Positions 15,202 through 24,104 of a stretch of 26,955 nucleotides of DNA are shown here, piece after piece; the stretch's first letter is position 1, and each line of letters opens with the position of its first letter. Source of the DNA: an uncultured Lentisphaeraceae bacterium (GTDB lineage: Bacteria > Verrucomicrobiota > Kiritimatiellia > RFP12 > UBA1067); the NCBI GenBank assembly GCA_964613265.1, contig CAZTHR010000002.1, positions 1 through 26,955 on the forward strand. The letters are read 5' to 3'. The position numbers and the translations under genes were made by a program. The notes under the pieces are model-generated. The model was not told the origin of the DNA, did not search any database, and saw only the letters and a program-made list of their open reading frames with translations.

Positions 15202-17108
15202 GCGCGTTCATCGGAAATCTGTGCGCGTTCCTGGTGAAGACCGCGCCGTACTGGGGGCTGTTCCTCACGGCATTCATCGCCGCGCTCGTCCTGACGCCGC
15301 TCTGTCGCAATCTGGCGCGGAAACTGGGCATGGTCGACCAGCCGTCGGCGCGGCGGATCAACCGAACGCCGATTCCCCGTGCGGGCGGGCTGGCCATCTA
15401 TCTGGCTGTCTCGTTGGCCCTCCTGCTGGGTGCCGTGTTCTTCGCGGACGTCCTGCGCGATGCGGACGTGCTGGTTCCGCGTACGCTCTTTCGTCTGACG
15501 ATCCTTTCCGGCGTCCTCTGCACGGTGGGGTTGCTGGATGACAAGTTCTCCTTGCCGCCGGTCGTGAAACTGTTGGGGCAGGTGGCCGTGGCGCTCGGCG
15601 CGTTTTTCTGGGCGGGTGTCGGTTTCCATCGGATGTTCCCGTCGCTCCCCCTCGCGTTGGACTGCGCGTTCACGACGTTCTGGATTGTCGGCGCGGTCAA
15701 TGCGTTCAACCTCATCGACGGTCTGGACGGTTTGGCGGCGGGGCTTGCCTGTATCGCCGCGTTCGGCATGGCCGGGGCGCTCTTTTTCGCAGGGGATGCG
15801 TCGAGCGCGTTTGCGTTCTTCGCGCTCGTCGGCGCTTGTCTGGGCTTTCTGCGCTACAACTTCAATCCGGCCTCCGTCTTCCTGGGTGACACGGGATCGA
15901 TGTATCTGGGATTCAGTCTCGCGACGCTGCCGTTGCTCGCGAACGCGACGCATTCGTTGCTCGTCGGCGTTGGCGTGCCGATTCTCGCGATGGGCGTACC
16001 AATCTGCGACACGGCGCTGGCGATTCTTCGTCGCAGCATTCGGGCGTTTCTCCAGCGCGGCAATGTGGCGAACGCGCCGGGGCGTTCGCACGTCATGCAG
16101 GCGGATACGGATCATCTGCACCACCGCATCCTCCGCAAGTTCCTGTCGCAGAAGAAAGCGGCGTTCGGCCTCTACGGATTGGCGGTTCTGCTCGTCGGCA
16201 TCGGCGTGGGCGGCGTGGCGTTGCACGGCCGCGCGGCGGCGCTCTACATCGTCGGTTTCATGGTGGCGGTCGTCATCGTCTTCCGCGACATGAAACGCAT
16301 TGAACTCTGGGACGCCTGCCGTTTGCTGAACGCCGTCGCGCACGACCGTACGCTGGAGACGCGGCGGCGCATCCACGTACTCAAAGTTCCGTTCTTCCTG
16401 ATGTTCGATGTGATCGTTCTTGTCGTCTGCTGGTTGCTGACCGTGTTCTGCCTGTCCATGCCGATCACATCCTCGGATCTTCACCGTTGGCTGCCGTTGC
16501 GCGTGATTCCGATTTTCCTCTGCCTTGTGGCGTTCCGCGTGTACGTGACCGTGTGGGGCCGCGCCGTGATTGCGGACTTCATGCGTCTCGCGGCGGCCAT
16601 CGTCGTCGGCACGGCCGTTTCGGCGGCGGTCGTCGTGACGTTGCAGTTCCCCCACACCCACATGTTCGTCTTTTCCGCGCTCTACGGGGCGTTCACGTTC
16701 ATCGGGTTCATCTCCGTGCGGACGTTGCGGCCGCTGCTGCGCGATTTGTTCTATTCAATCGACTGCGGCCGTCTGGTCGATTCGCCCGACACGAGCCGCA
16801 TCGTCGTCTACGGCACGGGATTACGCTACCAGGGATTCCGCCGCGAACTCGTGCGCACGGCCTCCGCGAATCGCCGCGTGATCGTGGGGCTGTTGGATGA
16901 CGACATTCTTTTGCGCGGACAGTACATCGGCAACATTCGCATCTGGGGCACGCTCGAACAGGCGCCCGCGATTTTGGCGAAACTGAAAGCCGACGCCGTG
17001 GTGATCGCCTGTCAGATGACGCCCGCCCGCCGTGCGGTGGCGAAGGCGATTTTCGCAACGTGCGGCGTCCCCGTGACCGTGTGGCGCTGCGAGGAGACAG
17101 AACTATGA
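15198..17108 (+). CDS. MraY/WecA-family undecaprenyl-phosphate sugar-1-phosphate transferase fused to a C-terminal multi-TM + Rossmann (CoA-binding-like) domain
   Basis: GTG start overlapping the exosortase stop (GTGA). MVDQPSARRINRTPIPRAGGLAI, GLLDDK, NAFNLIDGLDGLAAG, YNFNPASVFLGDTGSMYLG, DTDHLHHR. The tail RIVVYGTG...VIVGLLDDDILLRGQYIGNIRIWG resembles the N-terminal region of CapD/PglF and WcaJ-type proteins. Confidence 0.88.
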   Translation: MSAFIGNLCAFLVKTAPYWGLFLTAFIAALVLTPLCRNLARKLGMVDQPSARRINRTPIPRAGGLAIYLAVSLALLLGAVFFADVLRDADVLVPRTLFRLTILSGVLCTVGLLDDKFSLPPVVKLLGQVAVALGAFFWAGVGFHRMFPSLPLALDCAFTTFWIVGAVNAFNLIDGLDGLAAGLACIAAFGMAGALFFAGDASSAFAFFALVGACLGFLRYNFNPASVFLGDTGSMYLGFSLATLPLLANATHSLLVGVGVPILAMGVPICDTALAILRRSIRAFLQRGNVANAPGRSHVMQADTDHLHHRILRKFLSQKKAAFGLYGLAVLLVGIGVGGVALHGRAAALYIVGFMVAVVIVFRDMKRIELWDACRLLNAVAHDRTLETRRRIHVLKVPFFLMFDVIVLVVCWLLTVFCLSMPITSSDLHRWLPLRVIPIFLCLVAFRVYVTVWGRAVIADFMRLAAAIVVGTAVSAAVVVTLQFPHTHMFVFSALYGAFTFIGFISVRTLRPLLRDLFYSIDCGRLVDSPDTSRIVVYGTGLRYQGFRRELVRTASANRRVIVGLLDDDILLRGQYIGNIRIWGTLEQAPAILAKLKADAVVIACQMTPARRAVAKAIFATCGVPVTVWRCEETEL

Positions 17109-20100
17109 ACCAGTCCCCCCATCCCGGTTCCTACCTGCTGCGTTGGAAAGGCGACGCGCTTGACGTGACGCTGACGCTCGACACGCCGTGCGCAGGCCGT
17201 GCGGCGTTTCGTACGAACCTCGGCGCGGCATCCGTCCGCCGACGGGAAATCATCGACCAGACCGAACAGGGCGTGACGCCGCTTGCCCGCGCCTGGCACG
17301 ATGTGCCGATGCGCGAAACGGCGCCGGGCACGTTCACGTGCCGTCTCCCGTTGGACGAAGTGGGCGTCTTCTCCGGCAAATGCTGTTTCTTCCCGGCGGA
17401 CGCCGAATCACCCGTCTGGCCCGATGGCCCGAACGTCCACATCAAGGTCGAGCCGGCGCAGACGCGCCGCGCGAACGCGATCTACACGGTTTTTCCCCGC
17501 CAGTTCGGTGGCGCGAAATACGTGAACCCGGTCGCGGAACCGGGTGTCGCGGGGGCGCAGACGTTCCTTGACGCGAAGGGCTATACCGTCATTCCGCCCT
17601 CCGGCACGTTGCGCGACGTGAAGCGCTCGCTCGGTCACATTCTGGACGACATGAAGTTCCGCATCGTTCAGCTGTTGCCCATCTTTCCCACGCCGACCGT
17701 TTTCGCGCGGATGGGACGTTACGGTTCTCCCTTCGCGGCGACGGACTTCCTTTCCGTCGATCCGGCCCTCGCCGAATTCGACCGCGCGGCCACACCGCTC
17801 GACCAGTTCCGTGAATTGGCGGACGCGATCCATGCGAAGGGCGCGTCGCTCTATCTCGATCTCCCCGCCAATCACACGGGGTGGGCCGCGACACTTCAAC
17901 TCCACCATCCGAATTGGTATCACCGTGAACCGAACGGTGCGTTCGTCTCGCCCGGCGCCTGGGGCGTCACCTGGGCGGATCTCGTCGAACTCGACTACGC
18001 GCGTCCCGAACTCCGCGCCTATATGGCCGATGTCTTCCTCTTTTGGTGCCGTCACGGCGTCGATGGTTTCCGTTGCGACGCGGGCTACATGATTCCCGTT
18101 GACACGTGGACGTACATCGTGGCACGTGTCCGCGAAGAGTATCCCGACACCGTGTTCATGCTTGAAGGCCTCGGCGGACCGCTCGACGTGACGGATCGTC
18201 TGTTGCGCGAGTCCGGCCTCGACTGGGCCTATTCCGAGATTTTCCAAACCTACGACCGTGCCGCGTTCGAGCGCGATTTCCCATCCGCCATCGCCCGCGC
18301 CGAAACGTATGGCGCACTCGTCCATTTCGCGGAGACGCACGACAACGACCGGCTTGCGAAGGGCGGCCGCGTCTACGCCCGGCTGCGCGTCCAGCTGGCC
18401 GCGCTGTTGAGCCACCAGGGCGCCTGGGGCATCGCCAACGGCGTGGAGTGGTTCGCGACGGAGAAAATCGATGTCCACGGCGCGAGCGCCCTGAACTGGG
18501 GCGCGGCTGACAACATGGTCGCCCTCATCGCCCGTCTCAATACGCTGTTGGCCGAACACCCGTCGTTCGGGCCGGGCGGCGCGTTGCGTCTCGTCACACG
18601 CGGGGGTGGCAACACGCTTGCCGTGTTCCGCGCCGGGATGCGTCCCGTGCTCGTGCTGGCGAATCTCGACTGTGGCCATCCGACGACGATTTACTGGGAC
18701 GTCGCGGCATTCGACGCTACGCGGACGCGCGACCTCGTGACGGGCAAATCGCTTGAAATCGATCCCCGCGCAGGCGTCTACCTCGATCCGGGCGAAGTCC
18801 TCTGCCTCGAACCGCGCGATTTGCCACCCACTCCGCCATCGGCGGATGCCACTCCGGCGCGGGTGCCAGACAAGCCCGTTGTTACATGGACGTGGCCGGA
18901 AGACGCACGGCGGCAGGTTTGCGTGCCGGCCGGTTGCGCACTTCGCGTCGTCGCACCGCACGACTTCCGCGTGGAGGTGACGGACGGGACGCGGACGCTG
19001 GCCGTGGCGTGCGCACAGGGCCGGCAGACGTTCCTTGACTTGCCGCCTTACGCGGGCGACGGAACGCGCGCGGAATCTCGTACGATCGACGTGGCCGCGT
19101 TTACGCCCGACGGCGTCGTGCGCACGTCGTCGCACGTTTTAATAACGCCCCCGGCCGCCGTGAGCCGCGTGAAACTCGTCTGGTCGGGCGCGGAGATTCG
19201 AGCCGATCGGACGCTTGAAACGGTCTTGTCCGACGGTACGGGTTCGATGAGCCGCGTCAAACTCGCCTGGGGCGAAATTCGCAGTCAGTACGACGCGCTC
19301 TTCGCGGCCAATGTGAATCCCGACGTGCCGGGAGATCGCTTGGTGTTGTGGACGCGCTGCCGGTGTTGGTTGCAGCACGAGGGCTTTTCGCGTGAAATCA
19401 ACGCGGACTGCATTGATGCCTTCCACGCCGATCCGGCAGGTCGCACGGCCGTCTGGTTCTTTACTGTGCCGTGCGGCATGGGGCGTTCCGTCCGTTTCTC
19501 CTTTACGCTCGCCTTGGCGCGGCGTGGGACGCGCGCGGCGCGTCTGCGGATTCTGCGTCTGCCGGGCGACGCCGTCGCGGCGCCCGTGCGAATCGTCTTC
19601 CGGCCCGACATGGAAGCCCGTAGTTTTCACGCGACGACGAAGGCCTATCAAGGTCCTGAAGCGACGTGGGAGGAACGTATCCGTGACGCGGCGGGGTTCA
19701 CCGTTATCGGCGGGACGTTCCATCCGGAAGGGGAATGGACGTACAACGTCGCGCATCCCGAAGAGGCCGAACGCGGACAGGAACCGGCGGGCGATCTCTT
19801 TTCGCCGGGCTGGGTGTCGTGCGATTTCACGGCCGGCGCGTCGGCGGATCTGATTTGTTTCGCCAAGGCGACGGAATGCGGCGAAAGCTCCTTCCCCGAA
19901 CCCGCGTCTCTGCCCGCCGCCGAGTCCGTACCCGTCGCGTTGCGGCAGGCGCTCGATCTGTTCGTCGTGAAACGCGACGATGTGAAGACCGTCATTGCGG
20001 GCTATCCGTGGTTTCTCGACTGGGGGCGCGACACGTTCATCTTTTTGCGCGGCGCGATCGCGGCCGACCGTGTGCGGGAAGCGTTGGACATCGTGATGGC

Positions 20101-21046
20101 GTTCGCGCGTTTCGAAGACCGGGGAACGTTGCCGAACATCATCTACGGCAACACGGCCGGCAACCGCGACACGGCGGATGCACCGCTCTTCTTCATCCTC
20201 GCCGTGCGCGATCTCGTGGCAAAGCAGGGGCGTGCCCTGTTGACGACGGATTGCGGCGGGCGGACGCTGGCGCAGGTGCTGGAATCGATTGCCGAAAACT
20301 ACGTGGCGGGGACGTCGAACGGCATTCACGTGGACGCGGCGTCCGGACTGGTTTGGTCGCCGTCGCATTTCACGTGGATGGACACGAACTATCCGGCCTG
20401 TACGCCGCGCCACGGTTATCCCGTCGACATTCAGGCGTTGTGGATCGCGAGCCTCCGTTTTCTCGGCGGCGCGAAGTGGACGGCGCTGGCGGACAAAGCC
20501 TTGGAATCGCTGATGCGGTATTTCACGCGGCATGACGGCGTGGACGGTCTGTACGATTGTCTCGATGCGCCACAAGGCGAACCGGCGGCCGCCGCGCGGC
20601 CGGATCGCGGAATCCGCCCCAACCAGCTTTTTGTCCTGTCGTATGACCTTGTATCAAGCGACGGCCCTGTGGCGCGAAGTGTGTTGGCGGCCTGTGAACG
20701 CTTGCTTGTGCCGGGCGGCATTCGTTCGCTGGCGGCGGGTGATGCACGTTACAAAGGCTGTTACGCAGGGGACGAGGACACGTGCCGCAAGCCCGCCTAT
20801 CACAATGGCACGGTGTGGGCGTGGCCTTATCCGATGTTCGTGGAGGCATGGGCGAAGAGCGGTCTTGTCGCCCAGGAGACGGCGTTGTCGCTGCTGGCGT
20901 CCGTGGTCGAAAACATCAACGCGAGTTGCGTGTGCCATGTGTCTGAAATCGCCGACGGCGACGCGCCCCATGCGCAGAAGGGGTGTCGCGCCCAGGCTTG
21001 GAGCGCTTCGGAGGTTTTGCGCGTATGGTTGGAATTGTCCAAGTAG
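17105..21046 (+). CDS. glycogen debranching enzyme-like fusion: GH13 catalytic domain + GDE N-terminal-like domain + GH133 amylo-alpha-1,6-glucosidase
   Basis: ATG 17105 overlaps the upstream stop (ATGA). GH13 motifs DGFRCDAG, MLEGLG, FAETHDNDR. GH133 motifs VIAGYPWFLDWGRDTFI, TWMDT, YHNGTVWAW, QAWSASE. Confidence 0.9.
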   Translation: MNQSPHPGSYLLRWKGDALDVTLTLDTPCAGRAAFRTNLGAASVRRREIIDQTEQGVTPLARAWHDVPMRETAPGTFTCRLPLDEVGVFSGKCCFFPADAESPVWPDGPNVHIKVEPAQTRRANAIYTVFPRQFGGAKYVNPVAEPGVAGAQTFLDAKGYTVIPPSGTLRDVKRSLGHILDDMKFRIVQLLPIFPTPTVFARMGRYGSPFAATDFLSVDPALAEFDRAATPLDQFRELADAIHAKGASLYLDLPANHTGWAATLQLHHPNWYHREPNGAFVSPGAWGVTWADLVELDYARPELRAYMADVFLFWCRHGVDGFRCDAGYMIPVDTWTYIVARVREEYPDTVFMLEGLGGPLDVTDRLLRESGLDWAYSEIFQTYDRAAFERDFPSAIARAETYGALVHFAETHDNDRLAKGGRVYARLRVQLAALLSHQGAWGIANGVEWFATEKIDVHGASALNWGAADNMVALIARLNTLLAEHPSFGPGGALRLVTRGGGNTLAVFRAGMRPVLVLANLDCGHPTTIYWDVAAFDATRTRDLVTGKSLEIDPRAGVYLDPGEVLCLEPRDLPPTPPSADATPARVPDKPVVTWTWPEDARRQVCVPAGCALRVVAPHDFRVEVTDGTRTLAVACAQGRQTFLDLPPYAGDGTRAESRTIDVAAFTPDGVVRTSSHVLITPPAAVSRVKLVWSGAEIRADRTLETVLSDGTGSMSRVKLAWGEIRSQYDALFAANVNPDVPGDRLVLWTRCRCWLQHEGFSREINADCIDAFHADPAGRTAVWFFTVPCGMGRSVRFSFTLALARRGTRAARLRILRLPGDAVAAPVRIVFRPDMEARSFHATTKAYQGPEATWEERIRDAAGFTVIGGTFHPEGEWTYNVAHPEEAERGQEPAGDLFSPGWVSCDFTAGASADLICFAKATECGESSFPEPASLPAAESVPVALRQALDLFVVKRDDVKTVIAGYPWFLDWGRDTFIFLRGAIAADRVREALDIVMAFARFEDRGTLPNIIYGNTAGNRDTADAPLFFILAVRDLVAKQGRALLTTDCGGRTLAQVLESIAENYVAGTSNGIHVDAASGLVWSPSHFTWMDTNYPACTPRHGYPVDIQALWIASLRFLGGAKWTALADKALESLMRYFTRHDGVDGLYDCLDAPQGEPAAAARPDRGIRPNQLFVLSYDLVSSDGPVARSVLAACERLLVPGGIRSLAAGDARYKGCYAGDEDTCRKPAYHNGTVWAWPYPMFVEAWAKSGLVAQETALSLLASVVENINASCVCHVSEIADGDAPHAQKGCRAQAWSASEVLRVWLELSK

Positions 21047-22701
21047 TCGCGGCGATCGTGAGTGCCGTTCTGTTGTGGGCGGCGTTTCCGCCGTGCGGCG
21101 AGACGGCGGGGTTGGTTGTCGCGTTGACGCCTCTCTTGGCCGTGGCGCGTCTCGCCGCGCCGAAACGCGCGGCGGGCGTTTGGTTGCTGGGCGGCGCGGC
21201 GTTCTGGTTCGCCACGTTGGCGTGGATGCCGGCCATCGTCAAGAACGGTGGGCCGTGGCCGCTCGTCGTACTGGGCTGGTTGGGATTGGCCGCCTACTGC
21301 GCGGGCTATTTCGCGCTCTTCGGTTGGCTTGACGCCCATGCGTGGCGTCTGACGCGACGGTGGGCGGATCGCTATCCGATGGTCGTGCTCGTGCCGATCC
21401 TTCTCGTGGAGCCGTTGGCGTGGGCGTATCTAGAATGGGTGCGCGGCACGGTGTTGACGGGGTTTGCCTGGAATTTTCTGGGGACGGGCCTGGCGCACGT
21501 GCCAGGGTTGGCAGCCCCCGCGAAACTCGGCGGTGTCTATCTTGTGAGCGGACTGGTCGTCCTCGTCAACGGCGTCTTCGCCACGCTCGTCTGCCGTCTC
21601 GTCGCGCAGATGCGGCGGCAGCCGCGTCCGGCGTTCAAAGGCGCACGGTTGTTGCGGTCGGCCGAAACGGCGTTGCCGCTTCTCGCCGTGCTGCTCGTCT
21701 ACGGCGCGGCGCAGACGATTCCTGCGACGCCGATTGTGCAGACCCTGCGCGTGGCGCTCGTCCAGCGAAACATGCCGTGTCTCTTCAAAGAAAAGGATCC
21801 GCTGGAAAAGCCCATTGAAATCTACGATCGGCTGCTCGAAACGGCGGCGGCGGCGCGGCCGGATCTCGTCGTCTGGGCAGAGAGCGCGATGTGCGAGTTC
21901 GGAAAGGTGTCGGGCGCGAACGCCCGGCACATGGCGCGGCGCGTGTCCGAGAAGACGGGCGGCGCCGCGTTGCTGGCGGGTGGCGATGACGTGGAGACGG
22001 TGGCGGATGGCCGTCGGCGCGTGTACAACGCGGCCGCGCTCTACACCATGTCTTCGGATGCGGACGTGACGGTCAACGTCTACGCCAAGCAGCACCTCGT
22101 GCCGTTCGGCGAGTACATTCCGTTCGACAAGTGGATCACGCCGTTGCAGAAACTGTCGCCTGTGGGCGTGTCGATTTGGCCGGGCGAGCCCAAGACGCTG
22201 GAACTGCCGGTGCGGGGGCGGGCAGACGCGGAACGTGCGTCGGTGACGCTGGCGCCGCTCATCTGTTTCGAGGACACGGATCCGCGTCTGGCGCGGCAAG
22301 GGGCGCGGATGGGGGCGCAGGTTTTCGTGTTGATCACGAACGACAGCTGGTTTTCGCGTTCGACGGAGGCGGAACAACATGCGTGGCAGGCCGTGATGCG
22401 AGCCGTGGAGACGGGACTGCCCGTCATCCGCGTGGGCAATTCGGGCGTGACGGGCGTGGTGACGCCCGACGCGAAGACGCAGTGGCTGGGCGCGGACGCG
22501 CCCCGCGTCCGTCCTGCCGTGGACGTGCCGGGCACGATGGTTGCGGCCGTGCCGGTTCCCGCGCGGAACGTGTTGACGCCCTACACGCGGTGGGGCGATC
22601 TGCCGCTTCACCTCCTTGTGTGCTCGACGCTCGCGGTGTTTCTTTTCCTCGCACGGCGGGGAACGACGGTATCGGATTTTCCGAAAGGACAGTTGGCATG
22701 A
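21025..22701 (+). CDS. lnt: apolipoprotein N-acyltransferase
   Basis: Multi-TM N-terminus, GFAWNFLG, nitrilase-fold triad VVWAESA (E), YAKQHLVPFGEYIP (K), LICFED (C), ITNDSWF, QAVMRAVETGLPVIRVGNSGVT. SD GGAGGT at 21010-21015 supports ATG 21025. Confidence 0.93.
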   Translation: MVGIVQVVAAIVSAVLLWAAFPPCGETAGLVVALTPLLAVARLAAPKRAAGVWLLGGAAFWFATLAWMPAIVKNGGPWPLVVLGWLGLAAYCAGYFALFGWLDAHAWRLTRRWADRYPMVVLVPILLVEPLAWAYLEWVRGTVLTGFAWNFLGTGLAHVPGLAAPAKLGGVYLVSGLVVLVNGVFATLVCRLVAQMRRQPRPAFKGARLLRSAETALPLLAVLLVYGAAQTIPATPIVQTLRVALVQRNMPCLFKEKDPLEKPIEIYDRLLETAAAARPDLVVWAESAMCEFGKVSGANARHMARRVSEKTGGAALLAGGDDVETVADGRRRVYNAAALYTMSSDADVTVNVYAKQHLVPFGEYIPFDKWITPLQKLSPVGVSIWPGEPKTLELPVRGRADAERASVTLAPLICFEDTDPRLARQGARMGAQVFVLITNDSWFSRSTEAEQHAWQAVMRAVETGLPVIRVGNSGVTGVVTPDAKTQWLGADAPRVRPAVDVPGTMVAAVPVPARNVLTPYTRWGDLPLHLLVCSTLAVFLFLARRGTTVSDFPKGQLA

Positions 22702-24041
22702 GAACGACAACGAACAGAAATCGGAATGTGAAGAAACTCCTCGTGATGGGCGCGGCGGTCGTTTCGGCGGCGCTTGCGTGGGCGGAGGCGTTGACTTTTT
22801 CAATTGCGGCAGATCGAACGAACGCCCTCTACCAGTGTGGGCAGACGGCGACGTTCACCGTCACGGCCATGAACGCGGCGGGGCAAAACGTTTCGTCAGG
22901 ACGTGTCGACTACGTGGTCGACAATTTCGGTCCGTGTAAAGTCGGTGAAGGGCGGATCGACCTTGCGCGATCAAATCCGTTCACGGTGACGGGGACGCTG
23001 GCCGAACCCGGTTTCCTGCGGCTCAATCTGCGGACGCCGGACAATGCGCGGCCGACGGTTTTCGGCGTGGGCTACGAACCTGAAAAACTAGAGAAGGGGT
23101 CGCCGTCTCCCGCCGACTTCGATGCGTTCTGGGCGCAGGCCGTCGCGCACCTCGATGCAACCGTGCCGGCCGATCCGCAACTCCAGTTCCAGGCCGACCG
23201 CTCGACGGGCGCGTTCAATTTCTGGCGGATCTCGTTCGCCACGTGGGGCGGGACGCGCGTTTACGGGTTTCTGTCGATCCCGAAAGACGCCACCGCGACG
23301 AAGAAATATCCGGTTCGATTCCAGGTTCCCGCCGCTGGCGAAGGCGGTTGGACGAATGACATGCAGGGGGCGCCTGATGCAATCTGCATGTTGATCACCG
23401 TCCATCCGTTCGTTCCTGCGCGTGATTTGGCCGAACTGAAAGAACAGCATCGGCAAAACGCGCAAGCGCTCAAGGCCCGGTACGGCGTTGGATCGTACGC
23501 GGCGGCGGGCATTGCGAAAAGCCGCGAAGACTACTATTTCTATCGGGCGTTGCTGGGCATCAATCGCGCCGTTGAATGGTTGTGTGCGCGGCCGGAAGTC
23601 GACTTGACCGATTTCACCTACTCGGGTACGTCCCAGGGCGGTGGGTTCGGGTTCTACCTGCTGGGGTTGAGCCGTCGCTTCACGCGCGGCGTGATGTTCG
23701 TGCCGGCGATTACGGACACGATGGGCTATCTCAAGAACCGTCAGAGCGGCTGGCCGCGCATCATTGAAAACCAGCGAGCCGAAGAGAAGGCCGCCGCTGA
23801 ACGCCATGCGCCCTATTTCGACGGCGCGAACTTTGCGTCCCGTATTACGTGTCCCGTCCGCGTTGTCGTCGGTTTCGCCGACACCACGTGTGCGCCGTGT
23901 GCCGTCTACGCGGCGTTCAACGCCATTCGTTCGTCGGACAAGAAGATCTATCATGGTATCGGCATGGGACACGGGTGCTGGGGTTCGTTCTATCAGGCGC
24001 TGGGCGTCTGGCAGCGCACGGGCCGTGAACCGAATCTGTGA
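22698..24041 (+). CDS. secreted acetyl xylan esterase / cephalosporin-C deacetylase-like alpha/beta hydrolase (CE7/AXE1 family)
   Basis: True start ATG 22698 (ATGA overlap with the lnt stop, SD AAAGGA). Signal peptide KKLLVMGAAVVSAALAWA. PADFDAFWAQ, nucleophile YSGTSQGGG, YFDGANFASRI, VGFADTTC, GMGH. Confidence 0.88.
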   Translation: MRTTTNRNRNVKKLLVMGAAVVSAALAWAEALTFSIAADRTNALYQCGQTATFTVTAMNAAGQNVSSGRVDYVVDNFGPCKVGEGRIDLARSNPFTVTGTLAEPGFLRLNLRTPDNARPTVFGVGYEPEKLEKGSPSPADFDAFWAQAVAHLDATVPADPQLQFQADRSTGAFNFWRISFATWGGTRVYGFLSIPKDATATKKYPVRFQVPAAGEGGWTNDMQGAPDAICMLITVHPFVPARDLAELKEQHRQNAQALKARYGVGSYAAAGIAKSREDYYFYRALLGINRAVEWLCARPEVDLTDFTYSGTSQGGGFGFYLLGLSRRFTRGVMFVPAITDTMGYLKNRQSGWPRIIENQRAEEKAAAERHAPYFDGANFASRITCPVRVVVGFADTTCAPCAVYAAFNAIRSSDKKIYHGIGMGHGCWGSFYQALGVWQRTGREPNL

Positions 24042-24104
24042 CGGACGGGGGTGTTGGAACGGACGTCGATTTTTTACAAGTACACAAACAGGAGAAATGA
24101 ACAA

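Noticed and set aside
3961-20575. Numerous long opposite-strand or alternate-frame ORFs (e.g. 3961-5676, 7743-9290, 11297-12607, 14988-16661, 17408-19135, 19139-20575)
   Set aside because: They are shadows of well-supported genes in high-GC DNA: Arg/Ala/Pro-rich with no family motifs.
22131-22697. 189-codon N-terminal extension of the CE7 ORF
   Set aside because: It overlaps lnt out of frame. ATG 22698 has an SD, ATGA coupling and a signal peptide.
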